A stretch of 57,446 bases of DNA from a virus (IMGVR_UViG_3300035139_000059:1-57446); one strand, 5' to 3'. Positions 1 through 9,451 are shown, counted from the first letter of the stretch. The notes: a model not told the origin generated them from the letters alone. Translations and numbers: made by a program.

Positions 1-137
1 ATAGTAACGGTGTCAGGATGGAAAAAGATTATATTTTAACACCGGCTGAAAAATTAGACCCTAAATTAATATTAAAAGAAAAAAATGCAGAAGTCAGAGC
101 GCAGCTTATTAAAAAAATAGGGATAAAGAGCCATTAA
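1..137 (+). CDS. C-terminal part of the DUF6745-like repeat protein that starts at 56522 and wraps the window ends
   Basis: The last base G plus the first bases AT form codon GAT. The frame continues SNGVRMEKDYILTPAEKLDPKLILKEKNAEVRAQLIKKIGIKSH* (TAA at 135-137), which resembles the NGV...NAEVR segment typical of these proteins. Confidence 0.7.
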   Translation, partial: SNGVRMEKDYILTPAEKLDPKLILKEKNAEVRAQLIKKIGIKSH

Positions 138-163
138 TTTTAACATAAACAAGGATAATTAAA

Positions 164-886
164 ATGAAAATTAATTATAAAGAAATTATAAGATATGCTT
201 ATTTAATTAAAAGTGCTTCTAAATTAATGCGAAAATATAAAGAAAAAGGAAATATAGTTAGAAATGTTACAAGTTATTTTTTAAATATATTTCCTGAAAT
301 AAAATTTTATCAAAAAAGCAATGTTCAATTATTTATATTTAAAAATAAAAATCAGACTATATTTTTATTTCCAGAAAGTTATGGATCAGATGATTGGTAT
401 AATAATTTTAATTTTATAAAAAAAAGGGGTTATCATAGAGGATTTTTAAAACAATATAGAAAAGTTGAACAAATTATTATAGCAAATATAAATGAAAAAG
501 AAAAAAATGTTGTTTTAGGGTGGTCTTTAGGAGGTGCTATAGCTACAATAATGTCAAGTAAATGGAGTGGGTATAATTTAAAATTTTATACTTTTGGGCA
601 ACCTAGAGCAGTAAATTATAGAATTGCAAAAAAAGTTAATAAATGGCATAAAAAAAATTATTTTAGAATAGTTAATATTAACGATCCTGTATGTAAAGTT
701 CCTTTTAAATTGTTTTTCCCCAGTTCTTGGTGGTTTTGGCATGTAGGGACAAAAATTAAAATTGGGAAAAATAAATTTTTGATTAAAATTTTAAAATTTT
801 GGAAATGGCGAAAATGGTTTTATAAAGAACAAATGAATCATCATATTGATGAATATATTAGGTTAATAGAATGCGGATCAAATTGA
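164..886 (+). CDS. Class 3 lipase (alpha/beta hydrolase)
   Basis: GWSLGG nucleophile elbow, upstream HRGF, YTFGQPR, RIVNINDPVCKVP (catalytic Asp) and a C-terminal HH. Confidence 0.85.
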   Translation: MKINYKEIIRYAYLIKSASKLMRKYKEKGNIVRNVTSYFLNIFPEIKFYQKSNVQLFIFKNKNQTIFLFPESYGSDDWYNNFNFIKKRGYHRGFLKQYRKVEQIIIANINEKEKNVVLGWSLGGAIATIMSSKWSGYNLKFYTFGQPRAVNYRIAKKVNKWHKKNYFRIVNINDPVCKVPFKLFFPSSWWFWHVGTKIKIGKNKFLIKILKFWKWRKWFYKEQMNHHIDEYIRLIECGSN

Positions 887-1101
887 CAGAAAAACAAAAT
901 AAAATTTTAAATTATATTATATCTTTTAAAGAAGTTTTTGGGTATTCGCCATCTATTAGAGAAATAAGTGATAACTTTAATATGAATATAAAAGGTGCGT
1001 ATGATCATTTAAAAGCTTTAATTCGCAAAAAGTATATTTTGATGGTTCCTAGAGTAGCTAGAAGTATACAAATTTTAGAAGAATACGAAGAATACGAATA
1101 A
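871..1101 (+). CDS. Stand-alone LexA-type N-terminal DNA-binding (winged helix) protein
   Basis: LTEKQNKILNYI..GYSPSIREI..HLKALIRKKYI..ARSI matches the LexA DNA-binding domain. There is no peptidase domain. Confidence 0.85.
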   Translation: MRIKLTEKQNKILNYIISFKEVFGYSPSIREISDNFNMNIKGAYDHLKALIRKKYILMVPRVARSIQILEEYEEYE

Positions 1102-1169
1102 AATAATTTATATAATATATATAAAAGGAGAAAACATGAAAATAAATTATCCAGAAAAGAGGAGTTAAA

Positions 1170-1532
1170 ATGGGATTACAAAAAGATTATTATATTGGGC
1201 CATATCTAGAATGTCATTGGCATTACAGAAAAACAATTTTGCAGGTGGAAGTAAAATCTTATGATTTTGATCGTGAAGATTTTGATGATGTTTTTAATGA
1301 CACTGGCGAAGTTACAATTCTTGACGAAACGGATTTATTAATTTTAAAGTGTCGTAATTATAATGATAGAAGATTATGTACATCCGAAATTTATAACTAT
1401 GAAATTTTTCCTAGTTTGATTAATGATGAATTAAGTTCTTTTAAATTTGATTATAAAGATATTATTCAAAAAATCAGAAAGAAATATGATTCTGTTGAAA
1501 TTAAATGGGGTATTATTATGAGGGCATATTAA
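1170..1532 (+). CDS. Hypothetical protein
   Basis: 120-aa ORF with an AGGAG RBS upstream. Confidence 0.65.
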   Translation: MGLQKDYYIGPYLECHWHYRKTILQVEVKSYDFDREDFDDVFNDTGEVTILDETDLLILKCRNYNDRRLCTSEIYNYEIFPSLINDELSSFKFDYKDIIQKIRKKYDSVEIKWGIIMRAY

Positions 1533-1629
1533 TTATGAAAAGAGTAAAAGATTGGCCTGAATTTAAAATGAGAGAAACAAGAATAAAAGGAATAAATTTT
1601 AAAAAAAAGGATGTAAGAGAAAATCAGAT

Positions 1630-1812
1630 ATGAAAATAAATTATCCAGATGGGTTGTTTTGGTTATTTGTTTGGCTTATTTTTATAATAATATCTTTAAT
1701 TATTTGTTTAATTCTTATTTTGTTAGATCAAAAAATGATTTATTTTATTATTATTGATATAATATGTGCGTTAGGATTATTAATAATATTTAAAGAAGAT
1801 ATTAAAAATTAA
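1630..1812 (+). CDS. Small two-TM membrane protein, paralogue of 55974..56156
   Basis: Two hydrophobic stretches. YPxxLFWL and YFxIIDxI are shared with the 55974 ORF. Confidence 0.6.
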   Translation: MKINYPDGLFWLFVWLIFIIISLIICLILILLDQKMIYFIIIDIICALGLLIIFKEDIKN

Positions 1813-2114
1813 AACAAGCATTATATAATATATTTTATTATATAAAATTTAAATTGGAGGTGAACCTCTTTAAAAAATTAATATAATAACTTTTTGTGTT
1901 TTGGATAGTTGTTGGTCGAGACAACTTTAAAACTCGACTAATTTATAATAAAGAAAAAAATTTAAAAAGTTGGTTAAAATGTTAGGTTATTGTAAATTAT
2001 TTAAAATAAAAATAAATCCTGAAGAAGATTGTTATTATTGTAATAAATATGAAGCTGGGGATGAATGCCAATACTATACCGAAATGTGGGACTGTAAAAA
2101 TGGAGGAGTGAATT

Positions 2115-2185
2115 ATGAGAGAATTTAAATTTAGGGCATAGGATATGAAACATAAAAAAATGTCTTATTTTACGGAGTTATTGAG
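2115..2185 (+). pseudogene. YopX-like N-terminal remnant
   Basis: A GGAGG RBS is followed by MREFKFRA*DMKHKKM. The YopX start is MREIKFRAWD...KM, so the Trp codon has become TAG. No further homology follows. Confidence 0.5.
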
Positions 2186-2407
2186 ATGAAACAGAAAAAA
2201 GTAAAAGACTGGCCTAACCCAGCAATAAAAGTGAGAAAAAGAAAATATGAAATAAATGATTGTGGGTTTTCCACAACTTATTGTCCTATTCACAAAGTTG
2301 ACGGTTATTTAATGTGTTGTGAGATTGGATCAGTATATTGTTTGACTTGTCCTAATTTTTATGCAATAAATAATAAAGAGCAATTTGTTTTGTGTAAGAA
2401 GGTGTAA
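2186..2407 (+). CDS. Small Cys-rich hypothetical protein
   Basis: CP, IGSVYCLTCPNF and C-terminal Cys residues suggest zinc binding. Confidence 0.6.
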   Translation: MKQKKVKDWPNPAIKVRKRKYEINDCGFSTTYCPIHKVDGYLMCCEIGSVYCLTCPNFYAINNKEQFVLCKKV

Positions 2408-2458
2408 TGTGATGAAAATATTTATAGCTTTGAATTTTCAGGAAAAGTCTTTGAAAAA

Positions 2459-3094
2459 ATGTTTAATTGGGAAGAACAGAAAAATAAGATAATACATGCG
2501 GATTGTATGGATATTATGAAGGATATTCCTGATAATTATTTTGAGCTTGCAATTGTCGATCCGCCTTATGGGATAGGAATGGACGGTGGAAATATTGGGT
2601 ATAAGGGATTTAACAATCATAAAAAAAAGAATTGGGATAATGTCCCAGATGATAAATATTTTTTAGAGTTAAAGAGAATAAGCATAAATCAAGTTATATG
2701 GGGTGGAAATTATTTTAAATTACCACCAACACGTTGTTTTATTATCTGGGACAAAGGGGAAGGGTTTTATAATAGAACATATGCGGAAGCTGAACTCGCA
2801 TGGACATCTTTTTATAAAAATGTAAAAATACATAAAAGAGACCCATTAGCAAGAGGAGATTACCGAGGGAAAATACACCCTACACAAAAACCAGTTGCCC
2901 TTTATCGTTGGATTTTACAAAATTACGCCAAAGATGGAGATAAAATAATAGATACACATTCCGGTTCTGGAAGTTTAGCCTGTGCCTGTCATTTAGAAAA
3001 ATTTGATTTTTTTGCAATTGAGAAAGATGTTGATTATTGGAAAGATAGTGTTAAAAGATTAAATGAGTTAAGATCACAAAGGCTATTATTTTAA
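2459..3094 (+). CDS. DNA N6-adenine/N4-cytosine methyltransferase (beta-type motif order), orphan
   Basis: DPPY catalytic motif, HPTQKP, and SAM-binding DTHSGSGS followed by AIEKD. Confidence 0.92.
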   Translation: MFNWEEQKNKIIHADCMDIMKDIPDNYFELAIVDPPYGIGMDGGNIGYKGFNNHKKKNWDNVPDDKYFLELKRISINQVIWGGNYFKLPPTRCFIIWDKGEGFYNRTYAEAELAWTSFYKNVKIHKRDPLARGDYRGKIHPTQKPVALYRWILQNYAKDGDKIIDTHSGSGSLACACHLEKFDFFAIEKDVDYWKDSVKRLNELRSQRLLF

Positions 3095-3101
3095 ATGCTA
3101 T

Positions 3102-3235
3102 AAATAAAAATAATATAAAAAGTACTTGAAATGTGGTCTTTAGGAGGTGCTATAGCTACAATAATGTCGAGTAGATGGAGTGGGCCGAAATGTGGGACTG
3201 TAAAAATGGAGGAGTGAATTATGAGAGAATTTAAA
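3102..3235 (+). repeat. Intergenic mosaic of three fragments copied from elsewhere in the genome
   Basis: 3102-3132 equals 5167-5197. 3133-3184 matches 520-571 with 2 mismatches. 3185-3235 equals 2079-2129. Confidence 0.9.
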
Positions 3236-3811
3236 AAATCAGAAATGAAAAAAATAAAAGTGACTTGTTCAGGTGCTGGATTTTTAAAAATATATGAATT
3301 AATAAATTTTCAAGGAAATTTGAAAAAAATATCTAAAAATAATTTGGATAAATTAAAAAAGAGAATAAAAAAAGATGGAATAAATTCTCCTTTTTTTATA
3401 TGGAAATATAAAAAAATAAATTATATATTAGATGGACATCAAAGATTAAAAGCATTATTATCGTTACAAGATGAAGGTTATAATATTCCATTGATTCCTG
3501 TTGCGTATATAGAGGCAAAAAATAAAAAAGACGCGAAACAAAAACTATTAGGGATTAATTCTCAATTTGGGGATTTTAATTTAGAAGATTTTAAAGAATG
3601 GACGGGAAATATAGAAGAAAATTTTAAAGAAACTATTAGAATTCTAGATAATCAAACTTTATTTGATGTTAAAGAAAAAAATAAAGAAATTGAAAAAAAT
3701 ATTCCTTCGTTATTTCAAATTATTATAGATTGTGAAAATGAAGAAAAACAGAAAGAATTTTATAATAAATTAACAAAAGAAGGTTATGAATGTCAAGTTT
3801 TAATATTATAA
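3221..3811 (+). CDS. ParB/Srx-like N-terminal domain protein (terminase-linked type)
   Basis: LKKRIKKDG..PFFIW..YILDGHQRLKAL, with a C-terminal IIIDCENEEKQ..GYEC module typical of phage ParB-like proteins next to modification genes. Confidence 0.8.
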   Translation: MREFKKSEMKKIKVTCSGAGFLKIYELINFQGNLKKISKNNLDKLKKRIKKDGINSPFFIWKYKKINYILDGHQRLKALLSLQDEGYNIPLIPVAYIEAKNKKDAKQKLLGINSQFGDFNLEDFKEWTGNIEENFKETIRILDNQTLFDVKEKNKEIEKNIPSLFQIIIDCENEEKQKEFYNKLTKEGYECQVLIL

Positions 3812-4839
3812 GAAAAAGCGATATAAAAAAAACTTTTAGAACGAATGCTATACAAACACAATATGATTTAAATTATTCTCAAATAAAAGAAGAATTTATC
3901 GGAGAAATTAAATTAGAAAAAGATTGGAATATAGGTTTAATAGTCGGAAATTCTGGAACAGGTAAAACAACAATAGCTAAAGAATTATTTCCTAGAGCAT
4001 ATTTTGAAAATTTTAAATATAATAATAATTTGTCAATTATTGATAATATAAATGAAAAAATTGAATTAAAAAAAATTTCACAAGTTTTTAATAGTGTCGG
4101 TTTTTCTTCGCCTCCTTCTTGGTTAAAACCTTATAATGTATTGTCAAATGGCGAAAAAATGAGAATTGATTTGGCTAGATGTATTTTAGAAGAAAAAGAA
4201 TTAATTGTTTTTGATGAATTTACCTCCGTTATAGACAGAAATGTAGCGCAAATAGGAAGTTATGCGATATCAAAAGCTATTAGAAAAAATAATAAAAAAT
4301 TTATAGCAATTTCTTGTCATTTTGATATTATAGAATGGTTAGAACCTGATTGGATTTTTAACACTAATGATATGCATTTTGAAAATACAAGGGGGTCACT
4401 TCGGCGACCTAAAATTAAAATTGAGATATATAAAGAAAAACAAAAATGGAAAATTTTTCAAAAGTATCATTATTTGAATCACGAAATCGCAAAAGCATGT
4501 CACCAATATGTAGGTTATTTTAATAATAAACCTATAGCATTTTGTGGTGTTCTTCATCAACCGAATAATTATAAAAAAAATTTAAAAAGAATTTCAAGAT
4601 TAGTAGTTTTACCGGATTATCAAGGTTGCGGAATAGGAATAAGATTCTTAAATGCAATTTGTGATTTTTATAAAAAAAATGAATTTGAAATATTTATCAG
4701 AACATCTTCAATTCCAATGATTAAAGGATTGAAAAAAAATAAAAAATGGAAATTAAAATCATATGGCCGAATACATGAAAAATTTTTTCAAAAAAGTTCT
4801 TCAAAAAAAAGATTGACTTTTTCTTTTAAATATATATAA
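3790..4839 (+). CDS. ABC-type ATPase fused to a C-terminal GNAT acetyltransferase
   Basis: Walker A GNSGTGKTT, signature LSNGEK, Walker B IVFDEF and H-loop SCH. The GNAT acetyl-CoA motif is RLVVLPDYQGCGIG. Confidence 0.88.
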   Translation: MSSFNIIRKSDIKKTFRTNAIQTQYDLNYSQIKEEFIGEIKLEKDWNIGLIVGNSGTGKTTIAKELFPRAYFENFKYNNNLSIIDNINEKIELKKISQVFNSVGFSSPPSWLKPYNVLSNGEKMRIDLARCILEEKELIVFDEFTSVIDRNVAQIGSYAISKAIRKNNKKFIAISCHFDIIEWLEPDWIFNTNDMHFENTRGSLRRPKIKIEIYKEKQKWKIFQKYHYLNHEIAKACHQYVGYFNNKPIAFCGVLHQPNNYKKNLKRISRLVVLPDYQGCGIGIRFLNAICDFYKKNEFEIFIRTSSIPMIKGLKKNKKWKLKSYGRIHEKFFQKSSSKKRLTFSFKYI

Positions 4840-4882
4840 TAAAGAAATAATTAAAAAAATTAAAAATAAAGAGAGAAATAAA

Positions 4883-5167
4883 ATGAAATATAAAAAAGAA
4901 GAAAAAATTTTATTTTTGATTTTAAAAAAAGAATGGTTTTTTTTAATTAAAAAAGGGAAGAAAAATATTGAATATAGAGAAAAAAAACCATATTGGGAAA
5001 AAAGATTTATTAAAAATAATAAATTAGTATCTTTTGATAATATATTTTTTAGAAAAGGGTATACAAAAAATTTTTTGAAAAAAAGATTTATTAAAATGGA
5101 CATTATTAATGGACTTCAGACAGATTTGAAAATTGACAAAGATGTTTTTGCAATATCGTTTAAATAA
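4883..5167 (+). CDS. ASCH (PUA-like) domain protein
   Basis: LILKKEWFFLIKKGKKNIEYREKKPYWEKR..FRKGY carries the GxKxxExR ASCH motif. Confidence 0.8.
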   Translation: MKYKKEEKILFLILKKEWFFLIKKGKKNIEYREKKPYWEKRFIKNNKLVSFDNIFFRKGYTKNFLKKRFIKMDIINGLQTDLKIDKDVFAISFK

Positions 5168-5190
5168 AATAAAAATAATATAAAAAGTAC

Positions 5191-5296
5191 TTGAAATATT
5201 ATGTCGCATATATTATATTGGTTATAGAGATAATGGATAATTTTATTTAAATATATATAGTTTTTTAGTAATGCAAACCGCTAGAAAACCGCTAGA
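5191..5296 (+). promoter_or_regulatory. Putative sigma70-type promoter for the packaging/structural operon, followed by an 11-bp tandem repeat
   Basis: TTGAAA (5191-5196), a 17-bp spacer and TATATT (5214-5219). AAACCGCTAGA occurs twice at 5275-5296, just before terS. Confidence 0.45.
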
Positions 5297-5310
5297 GAGT
5301 ATGAGACATA

Positions 5311-5706
5311 ATGAATAACGGTACCCCTACAAACCCTTTTAAAAAAGGAAATCCTGGAGGGCCAGGAAGACCGAAACTCCCTGAAGATTTAAAAATAATA
5401 AAAAATTCAACTAAAGATAATTTATATAAAACATTTTATAAATTTCAGGCAATGAAAAAAGAACAACTTCAAGAAATAAATCTTGAAGACATTACATTGC
5501 TAGAAATGGGGATATTAAAATCGTTTAAGAATTTTATAGAGACAGGAGACTACAATACAATAAAATATCCATTAGATCATATTATTGGAAAGGCAAGAGA
5601 ATCGCTAGACCTGAATGCTGGGGGCAATGTGCAACTTGTTATTAGTCAAGACTTTGTACTGGATTCTAATAGTAATAGTTCTAATGCAGATAATAAATCT
5701 GAATGA
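5311..5706 (+). CDS. terS: Terminase small subunit
   Basis: N-terminal FKKGNPGGPGRPK motif, immediately upstream of and overlapping terL. Confidence 0.7.
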   Translation: MNNGTPTNPFKKGNPGGPGRPKLPEDLKIIKNSTKDNLYKTFYKFQAMKKEQLQEINLEDITLLEMGILKSFKNFIETGDYNTIKYPLDHIIGKARESLDLNAGGNVQLVISQDFVLDSNSNSSNADNKSE

Positions 5707-6898
5707 AAATTTAAATCCGGCGCATAAACATATATTTAGATCAAGAGATAGGAGACTTCTTTTCTACGGCAGTAAAGGGTCAGGGAAATCTTATACTATA
5801 ACAGATAAAATATTAACTCAACCAACCATTCAATCACATCTAGCAAAAAGAGACATAAAACTTAAATATATAATAATTAGACAATCTTTGCCTTCTTTAA
5901 AAAGAACATGCATGGAACTTTTTGAAGAACGGTCAGAATTATTTAAAATCCCTTATAAATTAAATAAAACAGATAATGTCGCAATATACAGCAATGGGTC
6001 AAAGCTTGTTTTTATAGGTTTAGATCATAAAGATGCATATCTTAAATTGCAATCAATCACAAACGTGGATGGAATTTGGATAGAAGAACTTCCTGAAGTT
6101 AAAGAAGCTGTGTATCAAAATGCTGATTTGACAATAAGAGGGGGGAAAGGTCTTTATAAACAAATGATAGGGACTTTTAATCCGGTATCGACATCGTCAT
6201 GGGTATATAAAAGATGGTGGGAAAAAGATAATGAACCAGTTAGAAAAGAATTTGCTTTTGTAGAGGATAACCCATACGCGGATAAAGAAAATATTGAGGT
6301 ATTAAAAAATCTTAAAAATACCAATTATTCTTTGTATAAAGTTTATTATTTAGGAGAATGGGGTAGATTAGAAGGCGTTATCTATGATAATTACGAAATA
6401 GTAGACGAAATACCTGATAACTATGATGACATTATATACGGACTAGATTTTGGTTTTAATAATCCCACTGCTATGGTTAAGATATACCTATATGACTGGG
6501 GGGCAGCAGTTGAGCAAATATTATATGAGTCAAAATGGACACCATCCAAGTTAATATCCTTTTTAAAAACTAAAGAAATAGATAGCGGTATTCCTATATA
6601 CTGTGATTCTCAAAATCCAGAAATAATACAGGAAATTTGTGACAACGGCTTTAATGCTTTATCTTCAAATAAAAGTGTAGAAGAAGGAATAATGTTTTGC
6701 AAAGGGCAAAAACTTAAATATTTATCAACATCATATGATCTTATAAGAGAAGCCGAAGCGTATTGTTGGGCAAAAGATAAAGATGGGGGCAATACAGATA
6801 AACCCGTAAAATTTAATGATCATTTGATGGACGCGAAAAGATACGCATTATTTACGCATTTGAGAAAATTCCAAGATGTTAATATAAGGATAATATGA
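5684..6898 (+). CDS. terL: Terminase large subunit, PBSX family (probable start ATG 5684; ORF track start 5615)
   Basis: Walker A YGSKGSGKS, Walker B WIEE, TFNP coupling motif, nuclease GLDFGFNNP and DHLMDAKRYA. Confidence 0.93.
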   Translation: MQIINLNENLNPAHKHIFRSRDRRLLFYGSKGSGKSYTITDKILTQPTIQSHLAKRDIKLKYIIIRQSLPSLKRTCMELFEERSELFKIPYKLNKTDNVAIYSNGSKLVFIGLDHKDAYLKLQSITNVDGIWIEELPEVKEAVYQNADLTIRGGKGLYKQMIGTFNPVSTSSWVYKRWWEKDNEPVRKEFAFVEDNPYADKENIEVLKNLKNTNYSLYKVYYLGEWGRLEGVIYDNYEIVDEIPDNYDDIIYGLDFGFNNPTAMVKIYLYDWGAAVEQILYESKWTPSKLISFLKTKEIDSGIPIYCDSQNPEIIQEICDNGFNALSSNKSVEEGIMFCKGQKLKYLSTSYDLIREAEAYCWAKDKDGGNTDKPVKFNDHLMDAKRYALFTHLRKFQDVNIRII

Positions 6899-7095
6899 AA
6901 ATAGTGTTTGAGCATAGTTTTTATAAAAAATTATATAAAGATTTAAATAAAAAATATACTGAATTACGAGTAAAATATGAAAATCTAAAATGTTGCGGTA
7001 ATTGTGCTAAAATAGCATGTTTTTCAGAAGATTCTTATTGTGATAAATGGAAAAATGATTATTTGACTAAAAATAAGAGGCGAAAGTTAAAATGA
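6895..7095 (+). CDS. Small Cys-rich hypothetical protein
   Basis: LKCCGNC..C..CDKW, with overlaps to both neighbours suggesting translational coupling. Confidence 0.6.
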   Translation: MKIVFEHSFYKKLYKDLNKKYTELRVKYENLKCCGNCAKIACFSEDSYCDKWKNDYLTKNKRRKLK

Positions 7096-8930
7096 GTTTT
7101 ACTAAACAATATGCTTTTGACCCGAATAATTATATTTTTGATTCTGATTTAATTGAGTTTACTGAAAGTCAAAAACCAAGATTGAAATTATCCAATAATC
7201 CAGGTCAAGATTTTGTAGAAGATTTTGCTGATGATACAGGGCATGTTTATGATAGTAATGCGGCGGAATTTGTCGGCGGGAAATATCAGCAAAAAAATAA
7301 AAGACCTACTGATGGAATTTTTTATTCTAAATTTAATATTGATATAAATGGCAATTGGGGTGAAGATGTCTTGACGGGGACAGCATTCGGAGGAGCATCT
7401 ATAGCAGATAACGCGTTAGATTTAAATTATGATGATCAAAGATATGTTGAATTTCCGGGTGGTAATAATGGGTTTGGCAATCAAGGAACAATTGAATTTG
7501 AAATAAAACCAAATTGGTCTGGAAGACCAGTTAATCGGCAAATGTTTTTTAATAATGCAGATGGAGCTTCTACAAATCATAGAATTACACTTGTGCAATA
7601 TGAGGCTACCGCAGGAGGGGTGCCTGGGAGATTAAGATTAGATATATATAATGATACTGGAGTTTTAATTGCGGGAGGTTATTTGTCTGAATGGTCTCCG
7701 GTAGCTGGGACATGGTATAATTTTTCGGTCAATGTAGATTGTATAGGAGGTACACATAGACTTTTTATTGATGGGGTATTGTTTGATTCTATATCTGGAA
7801 CTGGCACAAGAACGTCTCCTTCTGATATTCATGTTGGAGCAATAGATCATGTTGCTAATTTTTCTATACGTAATTTTATAGTATATAATTCTGTTCAGCA
7901 TACATCTAATTATACTCCCGACTGGTCTAATATTTATGAGTTTGATTATATAGAAGGTTACGATATTTTGCCGGAAATGGAATACACAGGGGCAGGTACT
8001 TTAATAAGTTTTGATTCATTAACTTATACATTGACAGGAAGCGCTAAAATAGCGTTACAAATTGGAAAATCAGGAGTTTGGTCTTACTGGAATGGGGCTA
8101 CATGGGCTACTGGAGATGGAACAAAAGATTATATGTGTAGTTTTTCAGATTTTGCGGCAAATGTTGGGACATTGGATATAGAAGGCGAAATATACGGACA
8201 ATTTAAAATTTATTTTCCTGATTCTAATTCGCAAGGGGATATAGATATATTAACAGCATCATTAACAGCACAAATATATTCAACCGCAAATCCGTCTATT
8301 GAGTTTAAAGAAACAATAACACATGAAGGTTTAGAAAGTTTTATAGAAACATCAACTAAGACAGGAAGTGATGAAATAAAATATATATTAAAAAAAGGAA
8401 GTACAAATTATTACTATGATACAGTTAATGAAGAGTGGGCAGAGTCAGACGGAACATATTCACAAGCAAACACTGCGGTTGAAATAGAGACAAATAAAGC
8501 TACTTTTACCACTATTGGAGTGATTATGACTATAATTGCATTTTTACATAGTGATGATGGAACAACTACTCCGTTACTAACACAAGTGGATGTAAATTAT
8601 GATTTTTATAGTTTTGATGATACTGACACAACAAAGTGCCTAGTATATGGCTGGGTAAAAGATGAAAACGAAAATCCTGTTGAAAATGCTACAGTTACAG
8701 CCGTTCCATCAGTTTTAAAAGCGATATATGGCAATAATGTTAATGCGCAAGAACAAAAATCAGATACTACAGATAGTAATGGATATTGGGAAATAGAATT
8801 ATTAGAATCAGTGACAAATGGTGTGTATTATACGTTTTATTTTTATTATGACAATCATACAGAAGCTTTTGAAAAATTAGTACCGAATGAAACATCTAAA
8901 AAATTTGGGGAGTTAGAAGATATAAGTTAA
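7092..8930 (+). CDS. Large probable virion protein with a LamG/concanavalin-like domain and a C-terminal beta-sandwich
   Basis: GTIEFEIKP..WYNFSV..RLFIDGV..IHVG..IRNFIVYN is a LamG pattern. VYGWVKDENENPVENATV..TTDSNGYWEIEL is a carboxypeptidase-regulatory-like pattern. Confidence 0.65.
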   Translation: MSFTKQYAFDPNNYIFDSDLIEFTESQKPRLKLSNNPGQDFVEDFADDTGHVYDSNAAEFVGGKYQQKNKRPTDGIFYSKFNIDINGNWGEDVLTGTAFGGASIADNALDLNYDDQRYVEFPGGNNGFGNQGTIEFEIKPNWSGRPVNRQMFFNNADGASTNHRITLVQYEATAGGVPGRLRLDIYNDTGVLIAGGYLSEWSPVAGTWYNFSVNVDCIGGTHRLFIDGVLFDSISGTGTRTSPSDIHVGAIDHVANFSIRNFIVYNSVQHTSNYTPDWSNIYEFDYIEGYDILPEMEYTGAGTLISFDSLTYTLTGSAKIALQIGKSGVWSYWNGATWATGDGTKDYMCSFSDFAANVGTLDIEGEIYGQFKIYFPDSNSQGDIDILTASLTAQIYSTANPSIEFKETITHEGLESFIETSTKTGSDEIKYILKKGSTNYYYDTVNEEWAESDGTYSQANTAVEIETNKATFTTIGVIMTIIAFLHSDDGTTTPLLTQVDVNYDFYSFDDTDTTKCLVYGWVKDENENPVENATVTAVPSVLKAIYGNNVNAQEQKSDTTDSNGYWEIELLESVTNGVYYTFYFYYDNHTEAFEKLVPNETSKKFGELEDIS

Positions 8931-9074
8931 ATGAATAAATGTATAAATTGTAGATATTTTTGTTCATATCATGATTTATATGAAGACGAATTAGAGGATG
9001 ACGATTGTGGAATTTGTGAGAAAACAGATCGGCATAAAAATCATGATGATATTTGTGATATAGAAGAGGTATAA
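8931..9074 (+). CDS. 47-aa Cys-rich protein (not in ORF track)
   Basis: MNKCINCRYFC..CGIC..CDIEEV* exactly fills the gap between its neighbours. Confidence 0.45.
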   Translation: MNKCINCRYFCSYHDLYEDELEDDDCGICEKTDRHKNHDDICDIEEV

Positions 9075-9076
9075 TA

Positions 9077-9451
9077 ATGAGTTTTACAGAAACATATATA
9101 CAAAATAAACTTTGGGATCATTTTATGTTTTTTGTTGCGCCAGGTGCAGATGGAGCGATATCAGAAAATGTTAGCCCTGGTAAAATATGGCAATTAACAG
9201 AAATACGAGTCCATGCCAGTACTGCAATTGCAAGCGCAGGCGATTTGGTAGCGCAATTAAGTGCTAATTTAGATTCTGCATATAATCTGAAGTTTTTTAG
9301 TTATGCGATGTTGGGGTCAGAAGATTATTGGTTTCAATTAAGTCAACCTATGTTATTTCAGTCAGACGATGTGCTTAATATAAGTTTTAGCATGGCTAGC
9401 GGTATAAATATAGTAGGAATAACTGTTTCGGGATGGTCTGTAAGTGGATAA
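9077..9451 (+). CDS. Hypothetical, probably virion-associated beta-rich protein
   Basis: GAGG RBS, composition like the structural genes, and position in the head module. Confidence 0.6.
   Translation: MSFTETYIQNKLWDHFMFFVAPGADGAISENVSPGKIWQLTEIRVHASTAIASAGDLVAQLSANLDSAYNLKFFSYAMLGSEDYWFQLSQPMLFQSDDVLNISFSMASGINIVGITVSGWSVSG

Noticed and set aside
1905-1942. Structured RNA with alternative pairings (GTCGAG/CTCGAC, AGTTGT/ACAACT)
   Set aside because: The stems are short and match no motif I recognise, so it is too weak to call.
2115-2185. Stop-codon reassignment (TAG at a conserved Trp position)
   Set aside because: TAG terminates clear genes such as the protease (13086) and sheath (19920), and conserved genes are uninterrupted in the standard code. 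A TGG-to-TAG mutation in a remnant explains it.
520-3184. Diversity-generating retroelement suggested by the lipase repeat pair differing only at A positions
   Set aside because: There are only two mismatches in 52 bp, no reverse transcriptase in the genome, and the copy is part of a multi-fragment mosaic.
3221-4839. Plasmid-prophage ParAB partition system or ABC transporter
   Set aside because: The ATPase is ABC-type and fused to a GNAT, not a deviant-Walker ParA. There is no permease and no centromere-like array.
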